Source: Bacteroidota bacterium | Lineage (GTDB): Bacteria; Bacteroidota; Rhodothermia; Balneolales; HLUCCA01 | NCBI GenBank assembly: GCA_020832235.1 | Contig: JAFIEZ010000005.1 | Span: 87,374-151,373 of the forward strand | Direction of reading: 5' to 3' | DNA length: 64,000 nt | Shown: positions 47,300 to 56,090 of the stretch, piece by piece | Position numbering within the stretch: the first letter of the stretch is position 1 | Layout: the number at the start of each line of letters is the position of its first letter | Notes under the pieces: model-generated | What the model saw: only the letters and a program-made list of their open reading frames with translations | Database searches by the model: none | What the model was told of the DNA's origin: nothing | Translations under genes and position numbers: made by a program

Positions 47300-47532
47300 A
47301 CTATTAATGATTCAGGCATTTATGTCTATTAGTGTCCTAAACTTAAAGGGGATTAAAGCATTACCCGTGAAATACCAATCTATTTCATAAATAGCAAAGT
47401 ATGAAAATGGAGTGTTTCGATATCATAGGATAGCGATTTATTGTTTCATGCTTAAGTATTATGGCAAAAAACGGTAACATCCAGAACTAGATTGGATATA
47501 TCTATTCAAGATGTCAGCTTGTACTATGGTTT

Positions 47533-49071
47533 CTAATGACGTAAAAGAAGTTGACGACCTTTGTCGGTCAGACGGTACTTTTGGAGCCGACTTTTTGGTT
47601 TATCGGGAATCGTCATCTCTACGAGCTCGAATTCCAAGGCTGGCTGCAAGTATCGATCGCGAAAGTTAGCTTGGCTTTGAAGATTCATGGCAATTTGTAA
47701 TTGTGTCCGTGACACGGTCTGATCAGACAAATACTTGATTAATGCCATTACTTCATCTGTTACTTCGAGTGGCACATATGGGGTGACTTCACCTGTGACT
47801 TCACCTGTGACTCCTCTATAACTCTTCGAAGCGGGTTCGTACCTATCTGGTGAGGGCGTCCATTTTCTCCAAATAGTTGTAATCCAGAATCCACCTTCGA
47901 TTCGGATTTCAGGTTCGCGAAGCCCTGCCTCATTACATCGCGTTATCATATCACGGATTCCCGTGCCCATACGCTCAATATACTTGGTGAGATATAGCGG
48001 TTCGGCAATCAAAGGGTTATGCGGTACAGAACCGTGGGGCTGTCGAAGCATTTCCACAGTGAGACTTGGAGGCAGGGAACCCGGATTCCATACTTCCAAT
48101 CGGTCTTTAAAGAGCATCACCTGTACACTGCCATTGCTGGTGTAATCACGGTGACAAATAGCATTGACGATGGCTTCCGAAACTACTTCTTGTGGAATTT
48201 CATAGGAAGTTGGTACCTGAACTCCTTGAGAACGGTCACCGGTCCACAAGTCAATTTTGGACAGTACAAAGTCCTTTGACTGATCAATTAGGTCAAATAA
48301 TGTCCCTTTATACACCTGGTAGGACGGTATTGGCTTTTCTATATCGAAGCCATGAAACCTAGCGCATTTTACCTCCGAGCTGATTACAAAATGCTGTGGA
48401 GACTTGCCAAACAATAGTATGGCAGCATGCGTTGGACGAGATTTGTCAAGTAAGTTAAGATGTGTGAGTACCTCAATGGGCTGTGTCCCATCCGCAAGTG
48501 GGAAACTGCGTGCATTCCGCGCATGGATTAGAAACCGGTTGATTTTGTCGTTATCAAGATCATCTATACTTGCATTACGGCACCAAGTGGCATCAAACGG
48601 AGTATAACGGATGATTTCGCGTTCCTCTAGGATTCTAATCAGGCTGGCATAAACTGCAGAAACAAGTTCTTCAGATGCATTAAACCTTCGGCGAATTAAT
48701 GATGCGCCCGCTTCGTCAATCAAGGTTGACATTTTCGGGTGTCTGCCGGCATTTCCAGACCCTTTTACAAATATCAAGCGAGTCTTACCCAGCCGTGTAG
48801 CCTCCCGAAATTCGTGATGTGTTGGAGAGAGTCCGTTTTCATCTTGCCACCCATATTCATTACCGAATATGCCCAGATAGAGGTCACAACGTGCGACTTC
48901 ATCGAGGTATGTCGTATCAGCGCGTTTATCTGCAGCTGGGACATCCTCAAACAAAAAAACATCGAAAAATTTACGTAGCAGAGCATCTCCAATTAGAAAA
49001 TCCCGTATAGCGCGACGTTCGTCGGCTAGTTCTTTTTGCACACTACTGATAAATATGCGAAGTACGGTCAT
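47533..49071 (-). CDS. DUF4062 / AlbA_2 (Schlafen-like) / HATPase_c_4 / wHTH protein (RecG-like 'putative DNA-binding' family)
   Basis: N-terminal 'RIFISSVQKELADERRAIRDFL...CDLYLGIFGNEYG' is DUF4062-like. 'PTHAAILLFGKSPQHF' is AlbA_2-like. 'EAIVNAICHRDYTSNGSVQVMLFKDRLEVWNPGSLP' is HATPase_c_4-like. The C-terminal tail is wHTH-like. Confidence 0.8.
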   Translation of the reverse strand: MTVLRIFISSVQKELADERRAIRDFLIGDALLRKFFDVFLFEDVPAADKRADTTYLDEVARCDLYLGIFGNEYGWQDENGLSPTHHEFREATRLGKTRLIFVKGSGNAGRHPKMSTLIDEAGASLIRRRFNASEELVSAVYASLIRILEEREIIRYTPFDATWCRNASIDDLDNDKINRFLIHARNARSFPLADGTQPIEVLTHLNLLDKSRPTHAAILLFGKSPQHFVISSEVKCARFHGFDIEKPIPSYQVYKGTLFDLIDQSKDFVLSKIDLWTGDRSQGVQVPTSYEIPQEVVSEAIVNAICHRDYTSNGSVQVMLFKDRLEVWNPGSLPPSLTVEMLRQPHGSVPHNPLIAEPLYLTKYIERMGTGIRDMITRCNEAGLREPEIRIEGGFWITTIWRKWTPSPDRYEPASKSYRGVTGEVTGEVTPYVPLEVTDEVMALIKYLSDQTVSRTQLQIAMNLQSQANFRDRYLQPALEFELVEMTIPDKPKSRLQKYRLTDKGRQLLLRH

Positions 49072-49251
49072 TTGAACGCGGTTCTGCTTTATGTTTTTTT
49101 GTTAAAGAATACATTGAAATTCTACGATCCAAGTATCGACTTCATCGGCCATTTATAGAGTTCGTTATGACAATTGTGTTGGTACTTAACGAGTATATAT
49201 AAATAAAGAGAATATAAAACTCACTACTGAATCTTGACCACATCAACCCCC

Positions 49252-49857
49252 CTAAAACGTCACTCTCCCCGCGAACGCGCGGTTGAGCGTGGCTTCGTCG
49301 ATGAATTCGAGCTCGCTGCCGACCGGAATTCCATGCGCAATCCGAGTCACGCGAACCCCAAACGGCTTCACCATTTTGTTGATATAAAAGGAGGTGGCTT
49401 CCCCCTCGGCATCGGGATTCAGCGCTAAAATGAGCTCCTCAACGCCTTCATCCTCATCGTTTATCCGCGCGATGAGCTCTTTGATGCGGATGTCGTTCGG
49501 ACCTACATTCTCCATCGGTGAAATCACCCCTCCCAACACGTGATACCTCCCGCGAAACTCATTCATTTTCTCAATCACGTACACATCCTTCGGATCCTCC
49601 ACCACGCAAATGGTGCCCGTTTTGCGCTTGGCATTGGTACACACCGCACACGGATCGGTATCGGTCACGGTAAAACACACCGAACAGTACTTGATCTTGG
49701 TTTTCAGGTCGATGAGGGACTGGGCGAGCTGATTCACACGGTCATCACTCTGCTTCAGCAGGTGCATCGCCATGCGCTGCGCCGTTTTTCGACCCATGCC
49801 CGGGAGTTTAGCCAGCTGTTCGATGGCGTTTTCCAGCGTTTCGGAGGTTAATTGCAT
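49252..49857 (-). CDS. recR: Recombination protein RecR
   Basis: 'LAKLPGMGRKTAQRMAMHLL' HhH motif, 'CSVCFTVTDTDPCAVCTN' zinc finger, and a Toprim block 'ICVVEDPKDVYVIE'. Confidence 0.95.
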   Translation of the reverse strand: MQLTSETLENAIEQLAKLPGMGRKTAQRMAMHLLKQSDDRVNQLAQSLIDLKTKIKYCSVCFTVTDTDPCAVCTNAKRKTGTICVVEDPKDVYVIEKMNEFRGRYHVLGGVISPMENVGPNDIRIKELIARINDEDEGVEELILALNPDAEGEATSFYINKMVKPFGVRVTRIAHGIPVGSELEFIDEATLNRAFAGRVTF

Positions 49858-49872
49858 GCTGGCTCGCGACTC

Positions 49873-50217
49873 CTATAGTCCGAATTTGCTCAGGTCCATG
49901 CCCGGAATGCCACCACCCGGAATCATGCCCTTGGTAATCTCCGCCATTTTCTCTTTCCCAACCCTGTCGGCCTCGGCCAGCGCCTTGTTCACCCCGGCCA
50001 CAATCAGGTCTTCCAGCATCTCGGCATCGTTCGGATCGATGACGTCTTTGTCGATTTTGATGCTGCGCAGCTCACGGTTGCCCGTTGCGGTCACTTTCAC
50101 CATGCCGCCGCCAACCTCCGCCGAAACCTCCAGCTCACCGAGCTTTTGCTTGGCTTCTTCCATTTTGCGCTGCATTTCCTGCACTTTTCCGAACATATCG
50201 GCCATATTGAAATTCAT
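49873..50217 (-). CDS. ybaB: YbaB/EbfC-family nucleoid-associated protein
   Basis: 'MADMFGKVQEMQRKMEEAKQKLGELEVSAEVGGGMVKVTATGNRELRSIKIDKDVIDPNDAEMLEDLIVAGVNKAL'. An internal ATG (50217) was chosen; the track ORF extends to 50292. Confidence 0.9.
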   Translation of the reverse strand: MNFNMADMFGKVQEMQRKMEEAKQKLGELEVSAEVGGGMVKVTATGNRELRSIKIDKDVIDPNDAEMLEDLIVAGVNKALAEADRVGKEKMAEITKGMIPGGGIPGMDLSKFGL

Positions 50218-50418
50218 ATCATTCTCGCTTTTTGTGGATGTCGCTCCGAAAAAGAGGGACATCACCAGGTTATCGTTATTTTCTGAAACCAACGCTGCGA
50301 AACGCTAAACCGTTTTCGCGGATGGCTGTTATTTTCTGAAACGGGTACAGCTAAACGTGTGAACGTTGTTGCTGATGTCCGATTTCTGAGTCCCGGGACA
50401 TGCATGACGCCCGGATGG

Positions 50419-52872
50419 TTAATACTCCAGCTCCGCGCCGAACATGTCCACAATCATGCGCACTTTCGGATCGGCCTGCTGAAGCTTCTTAAATTGGGTA
50501 TACGGATCGTTTTTGTTTTCACTTGCCTGCTGCTGGCGCACACTCCCCTCGATATACAACGAGGTTCGAAGCACTTTTTCGAAACAGGTGGTGAGCTGCC
50601 GCTCGTTTTGCTTGATGAGCTGCAGCGTGAGTTCATCCTGACATTCCAGATGAACCATTTTCTCGCGAATATCGATCAGTTTGGTGCGACTAATGCTGTA
50701 AAACACCAACTGAGGGCACTCGCGCTGTACATATTCGAGCCACCGCGGCCAGGCTTCCTGCAATTCGTGAAGCATAATCGTGCGGTTTTCGAGGACGTCT
50801 TCGATCGGCTCATCATCGGGAAAGTACTCGTTGCCGGAATCGTCGGTGTTGTCGGCGTCGAGGGTGTCCTGAGTGTCGAGGTTGTTTTGACCGTCGAGCG
50901 CGTTTTGACCGTCGATAGCGTTTTGCGCATCGCCGTGGGACTGATTACCGTGGCCGTCTTGTGGGTCGCGGGAGGCTTGTCCGTCGAGGTTACCTTTGCT
51001 ATCGAGGTTACCTTTGCTATCGCGGTTGCCTTTTTCATCGAGATTTCCTTGTCCATCGAGGGGGGGGGGTTCGTGAACGCCTCCCGGGAAGCCGGTGCCC
51101 TCGGCAGCGTTCTCTGCCTCGCCGGAGGTGGTGTTGCCAGCGGAATTCGCGGTATTTACTGAGCTTCCATCATTAGGGCGGGATGCCGACGTTGATGCCG
51201 ATGCTGCTTCGCCATTGTCGATAGTGCGCTTTTGAACCCCGGTGTTCATGGGACGGTCCAGTGAAGCGGCGCCTGCGTTTGTCGGAGTGCCGGGCTTCTT
51301 TTTGATGGCGGACTTGCTTAGATAGCTGTTGAGCAATGATCCGGGTGCGCCATTGGTGGAGGCGGGCTTGCCGGAAGTCGCTGCGCCGGATGCAGGTTTG
51401 GGCGAAGTGGGCACGGCGGATTCAGGCTTTGCTGAAGCAGCTGCGCCGGAAGCAGAATTAGATGGCGCAGGTTTCGCCGCCGCGCTAGAACCGGGCTTGC
51501 CGGAAGTCGCTGCGCTGGAATTCGCCTTCGCCGCTGCCCCGGAAACTTCGCCGGACTTTTTAGGCAGTGGCTTCAGAAAGGAGGGCGCTTTGTCGGAGTT
51601 GGCTGCATCATCAGGACCAGTACTCCAGTCTGCTGCAGAACTTCGTGTCGGGGCCGGACTTCCCGAAGCCACCGGGCTCCCCGAACGCTCCGAAGCACTA
51701 TCAGCGTCCACATCCCCCGAAAAAGCGGCATTTTGGCCGCCTACCCCTGACTTATGGAGTTTTTTTTTAAGGTCGCGTATCTCTGATAGCAACTGCTGAA
51801 GTCCCTCTGAGCGATCCATCGTGGTCAGCTTCAGAATGGCAATCTCCAGCTGAATCCTGGGCTGGTGCGCATCCCTCACCTTATACTGTGTTTCACTGGC
51901 CATATGCATCATACGCAGCAAATCCTGATCGGTGAATCCATCCGCAGCGCGTTTCAGGCGGGACTTCTCCTCATCGGTGGCTTCCACCAGTCGAACACTG
52001 CCCGCATCCTTAGCCAGATACATATTGCGCAGATGCTCGGTCAGCGCGCCGAGGAATTCCTGAATATCGTGACCATCGAACAGTAGGGTATCGATGATTT
52101 CCATCGCCCGCCGCGGATCGTGGTTCTTCGCACAGTCGATAAGCTCGAACAAACGCTCGTTATTGACCACATTCAGCGCATCCAGCAGGATGTCGTGCTC
52201 GATGTTGTTGCCGCAGAACGCAATGGCCTGGTCCATAATACTGAGCGCATCGCGCAGCGCCCCATCGGCCTTGCGCGCAATGACGTGCAGCGACGCTTCA
52301 TCAATCGTTATGCCTTCTTCCTTGCAGATAAAACGGAGGCGGTCTACGATCTCGCTGACTTTAATCCTGCGGAAATCGAAGCGTTGCACCCGCGAGAGCA
52401 CCGTCGGCAGGACCTTGTGCGGCTCGGTGGTGGCAAAAATGAATTTAACGTACTCGGGCGGCTCTTCGAGGGTTTTGAGCAGGGCATTAAACGCCTGCTT
52501 GCTGAGCATGTGCACCTCATCAATGATGTACACTTTATAGGTGCCGTTCTGAGGGGGCACCCGAACGCCGTCGCGCAGACTGCGAACGTCGTCAACGCCG
52601 CTGTTGGAAGCTGCATCAATTTCGATAATGTCGAGGGTACGTCCGAGTTCTTCCCCGTCTACATCCATACTCACGCCGTTGATCATTCGGGCAACCACAC
52701 GGGCCATGGTGGTCTTGCCCACACCACGCGGTCCGCAGAACAGATAGGCGTGCGAAATCCGGTTTTGAGCTATGGCATTGCGCAGCGTACTAATGACGTG
52801 ATCCTGCGAAACGACATCGTCAAACGAGCGCGGACGGTATTTCCGGGTGAGTACTTTGTAGGAATCTGACAT
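50419..52872 (-). CDS. dnaX: DNA polymerase III subunit gamma/tau
   Basis: 'YRPRSFDDVVSQDHVISTL...YLFCGPRGVGKTTMARV' Walker A, 'IIDEVHML' Walker B, 'VLSRVQRF' sensor block, a long low-complexity linker, and a conserved C-terminal domain. The start at 52872 (MSDSYKVL) is preferred over the track start at 53025. Confidence 0.9.
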   Translation of the reverse strand: MSDSYKVLTRKYRPRSFDDVVSQDHVISTLRNAIAQNRISHAYLFCGPRGVGKTTMARVVARMINGVSMDVDGEELGRTLDIIEIDAASNSGVDDVRSLRDGVRVPPQNGTYKVYIIDEVHMLSKQAFNALLKTLEEPPEYVKFIFATTEPHKVLPTVLSRVQRFDFRRIKVSEIVDRLRFICKEEGITIDEASLHVIARKADGALRDALSIMDQAIAFCGNNIEHDILLDALNVVNNERLFELIDCAKNHDPRRAMEIIDTLLFDGHDIQEFLGALTEHLRNMYLAKDAGSVRLVEATDEEKSRLKRAADGFTDQDLLRMMHMASETQYKVRDAHQPRIQLEIAILKLTTMDRSEGLQQLLSEIRDLKKKLHKSGVGGQNAAFSGDVDADSASERSGSPVASGSPAPTRSSAADWSTGPDDAANSDKAPSFLKPLPKKSGEVSGAAAKANSSAATSGKPGSSAAAKPAPSNSASGAAASAKPESAVPTSPKPASGAATSGKPASTNGAPGSLLNSYLSKSAIKKKPGTPTNAGAASLDRPMNTGVQKRTIDNGEAASASTSASRPNDGSSVNTANSAGNTTSGEAENAAEGTGFPGGVHEPPPLDGQGNLDEKGNRDSKGNLDSKGNLDGQASRDPQDGHGNQSHGDAQNAIDGQNALDGQNNLDTQDTLDADNTDDSGNEYFPDDEPIEDVLENRTIMLHELQEAWPRWLEYVQRECPQLVFYSISRTKLIDIREKMVHLECQDELTLQLIKQNERQLTTCFEKVLRTSLYIEGSVRQQQASENKNDPYTQFKKLQQADPKVRMIVDMFGAELEY
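50842..51060 (-). repeat. dnaX: 18-bp (hexapeptide) periodic array in the dnaX linker
   Basis: About 12 units such as atcgaggttacctttgct (two perfect adjacent copies around 50999-51034). They encode 'LDGQGN LDEKGN RDSKGN LDSKGN LDGQAS ... IDGQNA LDGQNA LDGQNN LDTQDT'. The array abuts a G10 run (C10 on the coding strand) at 51060-51069. Confidence 0.8.
51760..51768 (-). other. dnaX: A9 homopolymer in dnaX: candidate programmed frameshift or transcriptional-slippage site producing a gamma-like product
   Basis: The coding strand reads CTT AAA AAA AAA CTC CAT AAG at about codon 369-371. The -1 frame gives ACT CCA TAA (stop after 2 codons). The +1 frame gives TCC ATA AGT CAG GGG TAG (stop after 5 codons). 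Confidence 0.5.
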
Positions 52873-53185
52873 GCTCCGAAGGTACGGAAATTCGTGCAAT
52901 GTTTGGGCAGTCAAGATGGGAATTTCAATCAAATTTCTGGTTCGGCGCGTTTGAAAATCCTGCAAATATGTGGGGCGATGCGGCTGGAATTTCATCCTAC
53001 GTTTGGACTTCTTTCGATGCAACAACGGTCACGTTTTGGCCAGATTAGATGGGCATTTCATCCAACGTTTACCCCCTCAACATGAACAATATAATTTGTA
53101 CTATTGTAGAATCATGGGCTTTCTGCCCGGTATGCACGTATTTAACTACTATATAATGCTAACGGAACTCCTTCTTTTTTTCGCG

Positions 53186-53740
53186 ATGTCGGCCAGGGTG
53201 CCGGATGACGACGGGCATGAACTGGCTGCCCTTATTCGGGATGGGGACAAGGAAGCTTTCCGGCGGTTTTTCGACCTCCATCAGTCCGCACTGATGCGGT
53301 TTTTACGTTCCCGGAACATCCCTCAGGAAACCGCAGAAGATCTGGTGCAACAGGCTTTCCTCACGCTGTGGGACAAGCGCGCGAATATCGATGTGTCAAA
53401 AAGTCTGCGTTCGTTTTTGTTCACTGTAGCGTACAATCGCATGCTGAACACCATCCGAAATACCAAAGGAGAGACGGTCGGTTTAGCGAACACTCCCGAT
53501 GAGTCGGACCATCAGACGCCCGAAACCCAGGCTATGGCTTCTGAGGCGATGCAGGCTATGCACCTTCGACTCGCCGCCATGCCCGAAAAGCGCCGAACCG
53601 TGTTCGATTTGTGCTATCTGCAGGGACTCAGCCACAAGGAAATCTCCGAAGTGATGGACATCAGCACCAAAACCGTTGAAAATCACATGGCTATTGCGCT
53701 TCGTGAACTCCGCGAGTCGCTGAAAATGTACATGGAATAA
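53186..53740 (+). CDS. ECF-type RNA polymerase sigma-70 factor
   Basis: 'EAFRRFFDLHQSALMRFLRSR...AEDLVQQAFLTLWDKR' and region-4 'LSHKEISEVMDISTKTVENHMAIALRELR'. The start is uncertain (53156 or 53186); the track ORF from 52970 overlaps dnaX and was rejected. Confidence 0.85.
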   Translation: MSARVPDDDGHELAALIRDGDKEAFRRFFDLHQSALMRFLRSRNIPQETAEDLVQQAFLTLWDKRANIDVSKSLRSFLFTVAYNRMLNTIRNTKGETVGLANTPDESDHQTPETQAMASEAMQAMHLRLAAMPEKRRTVFDLCYLQGLSHKEISEVMDISTKTVENHMAIALRELRESLKMYME

Positions 53741-53804
53741 TTTTTTTGCTGTGGCATTAGGGGGAGGGAGGCACTTGGGTGTATAACAGTCAGCTAAACA
53801 AGGT

Positions 53805-53834
53805 GAATGCGGCGCTACATATGGCGCCGCATTC
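53805..53834 (+). promoter_or_regulatory. GC-rich hairpin between the sigma gene and the downstream lipoprotein gene
   Basis: Perfect 11-bp stem, gaatgcggcgc (53805-53815) with gcgccgcattc (53824-53834). No U-tract follows, so its role (attenuator, RNA stabiliser or partial terminator) is open. Confidence 0.3.
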
Positions 53835-53909
53835 GCGTTAACCAGGGTGGAGCCGGTGTTAAACAACGCGAAACCCTACGTTTAATGTCAACCATTTAAG
53901 AAAAGCACT

Positions 53910-54836
53910 ATGAAAACGACCTTAAAACTCAAGATGCTGATTCCTGCTCTGTTGCTATTCTGGACAGGCTGTAATACGCTGAGTCCGGACGGATCAGACC
54001 TCACCGATGAAGAAATCGAAATCGCATCGCAGATTATCGCTGAATCGTTGGCTGATCAGTCCGGTGGGATGTTATCCAGTTTGTATGACGCCCTTTCTAC
54101 CATCGAAGAAGATCGTATTTCCTACGGCCGTGATGGCAATGCCTCGTTTCAACCTAGAGATGGCGCACCAAGCATCCAGAATATGGGTAATGCCAATGGA
54201 CGTGGAGTTGAACGTGGCTATGTTGCCTACTACAATCCCGAGACAGGCCAGCACATCGTATCATTCACCCGAAGTGTTGTGAATCCTGCCGTGTCTATGT
54301 CGCAAACCGTACGAAATGTCTACATCTATACCGATGAGGATGGAAATTTCCTTGAGTTTCCTGCTCGACAAAGAGAGCTGATAGCCGCGATTTCGTTTAT
54401 AGGTCAGCGTACTGGTACCCAGCAAGGACCGGTTCGTCAGGCCACATCCACCCGAACCGATACGTTGTTTGTCTCGGGACTTCAGGGATCTTCCGATACG
54501 GTTTCGCTTGAAGGTGTTCATTATCATGAGGGTTCTGCAACCATGACCCTCCGACGTGCCGAGCGTGAGGCTCAGCGCACCTTCAGCAATTCATTTCGAA
54601 TGGAAGATGTGCGCATTGATAAGGCAACAGTACGCGAAAATGGCAACCTTGAGAATGGAGTTACGGGCTTAATCAGCTATCGACTCATCATGCGAAGTGT
54701 TAAAGCTAATGGCGATACGGAAAGTCGCGATATTCAGGGATTTATTGAACTGGAAGGCGATGGAACGGCTCTTTTGCGCTTTGGAGGTGTGAGTAATTTG
54801 TTCCGAATCGTGCTTTCTACAGGTGAAGTTAACTAA
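53910..54836 (+). CDS. Hypothetical lipoprotein
   Basis: Signal plus lipobox 'MKTTLKLKMLIPALLLFWTGCNT'. 308 aa, no family recognised. Sits between the ECF sigma and FecR genes. Confidence 0.65.
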   Translation: MKTTLKLKMLIPALLLFWTGCNTLSPDGSDLTDEEIEIASQIIAESLADQSGGMLSSLYDALSTIEEDRISYGRDGNASFQPRDGAPSIQNMGNANGRGVERGYVAYYNPETGQHIVSFTRSVVNPAVSMSQTVRNVYIYTDEDGNFLEFPARQRELIAAISFIGQRTGTQQGPVRQATSTRTDTLFVSGLQGSSDTVSLEGVHYHEGSATMTLRRAEREAQRTFSNSFRMEDVRIDKATVRENGNLENGVTGLISYRLIMRSVKANGDTESRDIQGFIELEGDGTALLRFGGVSNLFRIVLSTGEVN

Positions 54837-54933
54837 TCGAAAGATTGCCGGGGGATGCCTTCGGGCAGTCCCCCCTCCCCCGGGTTTGTGAATCTTGGGG
54901 GAACCTCTAGCCTTCACCGACACACACAATACG

Positions 54934-56067
54934 ATGACCACCACGCAACAACATACAACCCCGGAACCCGACGAGCGCGATGTGCTTCTGGCACGAATGC
55001 TTTTGGGATTACAGGCTCCGTTTGAGGATGCTCCGTTTGACGGTGTTTCGACTGAGGATGATTCGGTTGACGCGTTGCTCGGTTTTCTGTCGGAGTATAA
55101 AGCAGCTGTGCAGGAAGGTCCGTTTGACTCGGTCGAGTCTAGCCCGGATGGTCAGTTAAAACCGGACGGACTTAAATCGCAAGATCAGCGTAAATCAGAT
55201 AACGCGAATTCTGACGACGCATCGGCACGAATCTGGATGTCGATTTCTGCCGAAATGGACGCTTCAAAATCCCGCGATGCTGTTATTACACCAATTGGTC
55301 GATCTGCTCGCAACAACACGCGAACGCGTAATCGGATGGGTTCTCCTTTGCTGCGCATTGCCGCTATGTTGATGGTAGCTTTGGTCGGCGGACTACTGCT
55401 CTGGACTATCACATCAACTCCCGACACCGATCTGCTAGCAGCAGCATCCACCGAATCCGTTGTGTTCACCCTGCCCGACGGATCGCAAATCACGCTTCGT
55501 CCCCACTCCAATCTTTTCAGTGCCTCGGATATAGCCTCCGATAGAGTTTCTGATGGCGCTTTCGACTTCCGCCTTGAAGGCGAAGCCTACTTCGATGTGG
55601 TTCATAATCCAAATCGAGCGTTTACCGTACATACCGGTTCAGCTATGGTACAGGTAACCGGAACCCGATTTGTTGTTCGGTCTTATTCCAGCGATGAAAC
55701 CGAAGTTTTTCTTGAAGAAGGCGGCGTGACTGTCCAGTCACTCATAACCGCGGAAGTACTTGCAATGCAATCCGGACAGTCCATCCGTGTGGCACAAAAT
55801 TTGCCTTTACATCCCGAATTTGCCGAGGCCGACCGGTATTTACTCTGGATGTCGAACGAAATGCTGTTAACAAACCGCACCGTTGCCGATGTTGCACGAG
55901 AGTTGTCGAATCATTTCAATATAGATGTCCGCGTTGCACCAGGGTGGACCGATGAGCAACTAGAAGGCCGCATCCTGCTGGATGATCCGGAGCAGGTTCT
56001 GCAAGATATCGCCCTCGCACTTGGCGCCCGAATTTACATCCAAAACAACGTATATTTGATTGAATAA
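54934..56067 (+). CDS. FecR-family anti-sigma factor / transmembrane sensor
   Basis: TM helix 'LLRIAAMLMVALVGGLLLWTI'. FecR core 'FTLPDGSQITLRPHSNLF...GEAYFDVVHNPNRAFTVHTGSAMVQVTGTRFVV'. C-terminal 'VADVARELSNHFNIDV'. Confidence 0.85.
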   Translation: MTTTQQHTTPEPDERDVLLARMLLGLQAPFEDAPFDGVSTEDDSVDALLGFLSEYKAAVQEGPFDSVESSPDGQLKPDGLKSQDQRKSDNANSDDASARIWMSISAEMDASKSRDAVITPIGRSARNNTRTRNRMGSPLLRIAAMLMVALVGGLLLWTITSTPDTDLLAAASTESVVFTLPDGSQITLRPHSNLFSASDIASDRVSDGAFDFRLEGEAYFDVVHNPNRAFTVHTGSAMVQVTGTRFVVRSYSSDETEVFLEEGGVTVQSLITAEVLAMQSGQSIRVAQNLPLHPEFAEADRYLLWMSNEMLLTNRTVADVARELSNHFNIDVRVAPGWTDEQLEGRILLDDPEQVLQDIALALGARIYIQNNVYLIE

Positions 56068-56090
56068 TACCTTTTTTGGCCTCCATTTAC

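Noticed and set aside
49873-50292. Full-length 139-aa version of the YbaB ORF
   Set aside because: YbaB/EbfC proteins are about 100-115 aa and begin near 'M..MFGKVQEMQ'. The extra 25 N-terminal codons have no counterpart, so an internal start was used.
50359-51162. 267-aa plus-strand ORF, and the 249-aa ORF at 52120-52869
   Set aside because: Both are antisense to dnaX, which has a clear Walker A/B and sensor motifs. The first is generated by the repeat-rich linker.
52873-53025. N-terminal 51-codon extension of the dnaX ORF in the track
   Set aside because: The conserved DnaX N-terminus ('MSDSYKVLTRKYRPRSF') begins at the internal ATG 52872. The extension is basic and low-complexity, and it would overlap the divergent sigma-factor upstream region.
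52970-53185. N-terminal extension of the second ECF sigma ORF
   Set aside because: ECF sigma factors are about 170-200 aa. The extension overlaps the dnaX 5' region and has no sigma-like sequence, so an internal ATG (53156 or 53186) is preferred.
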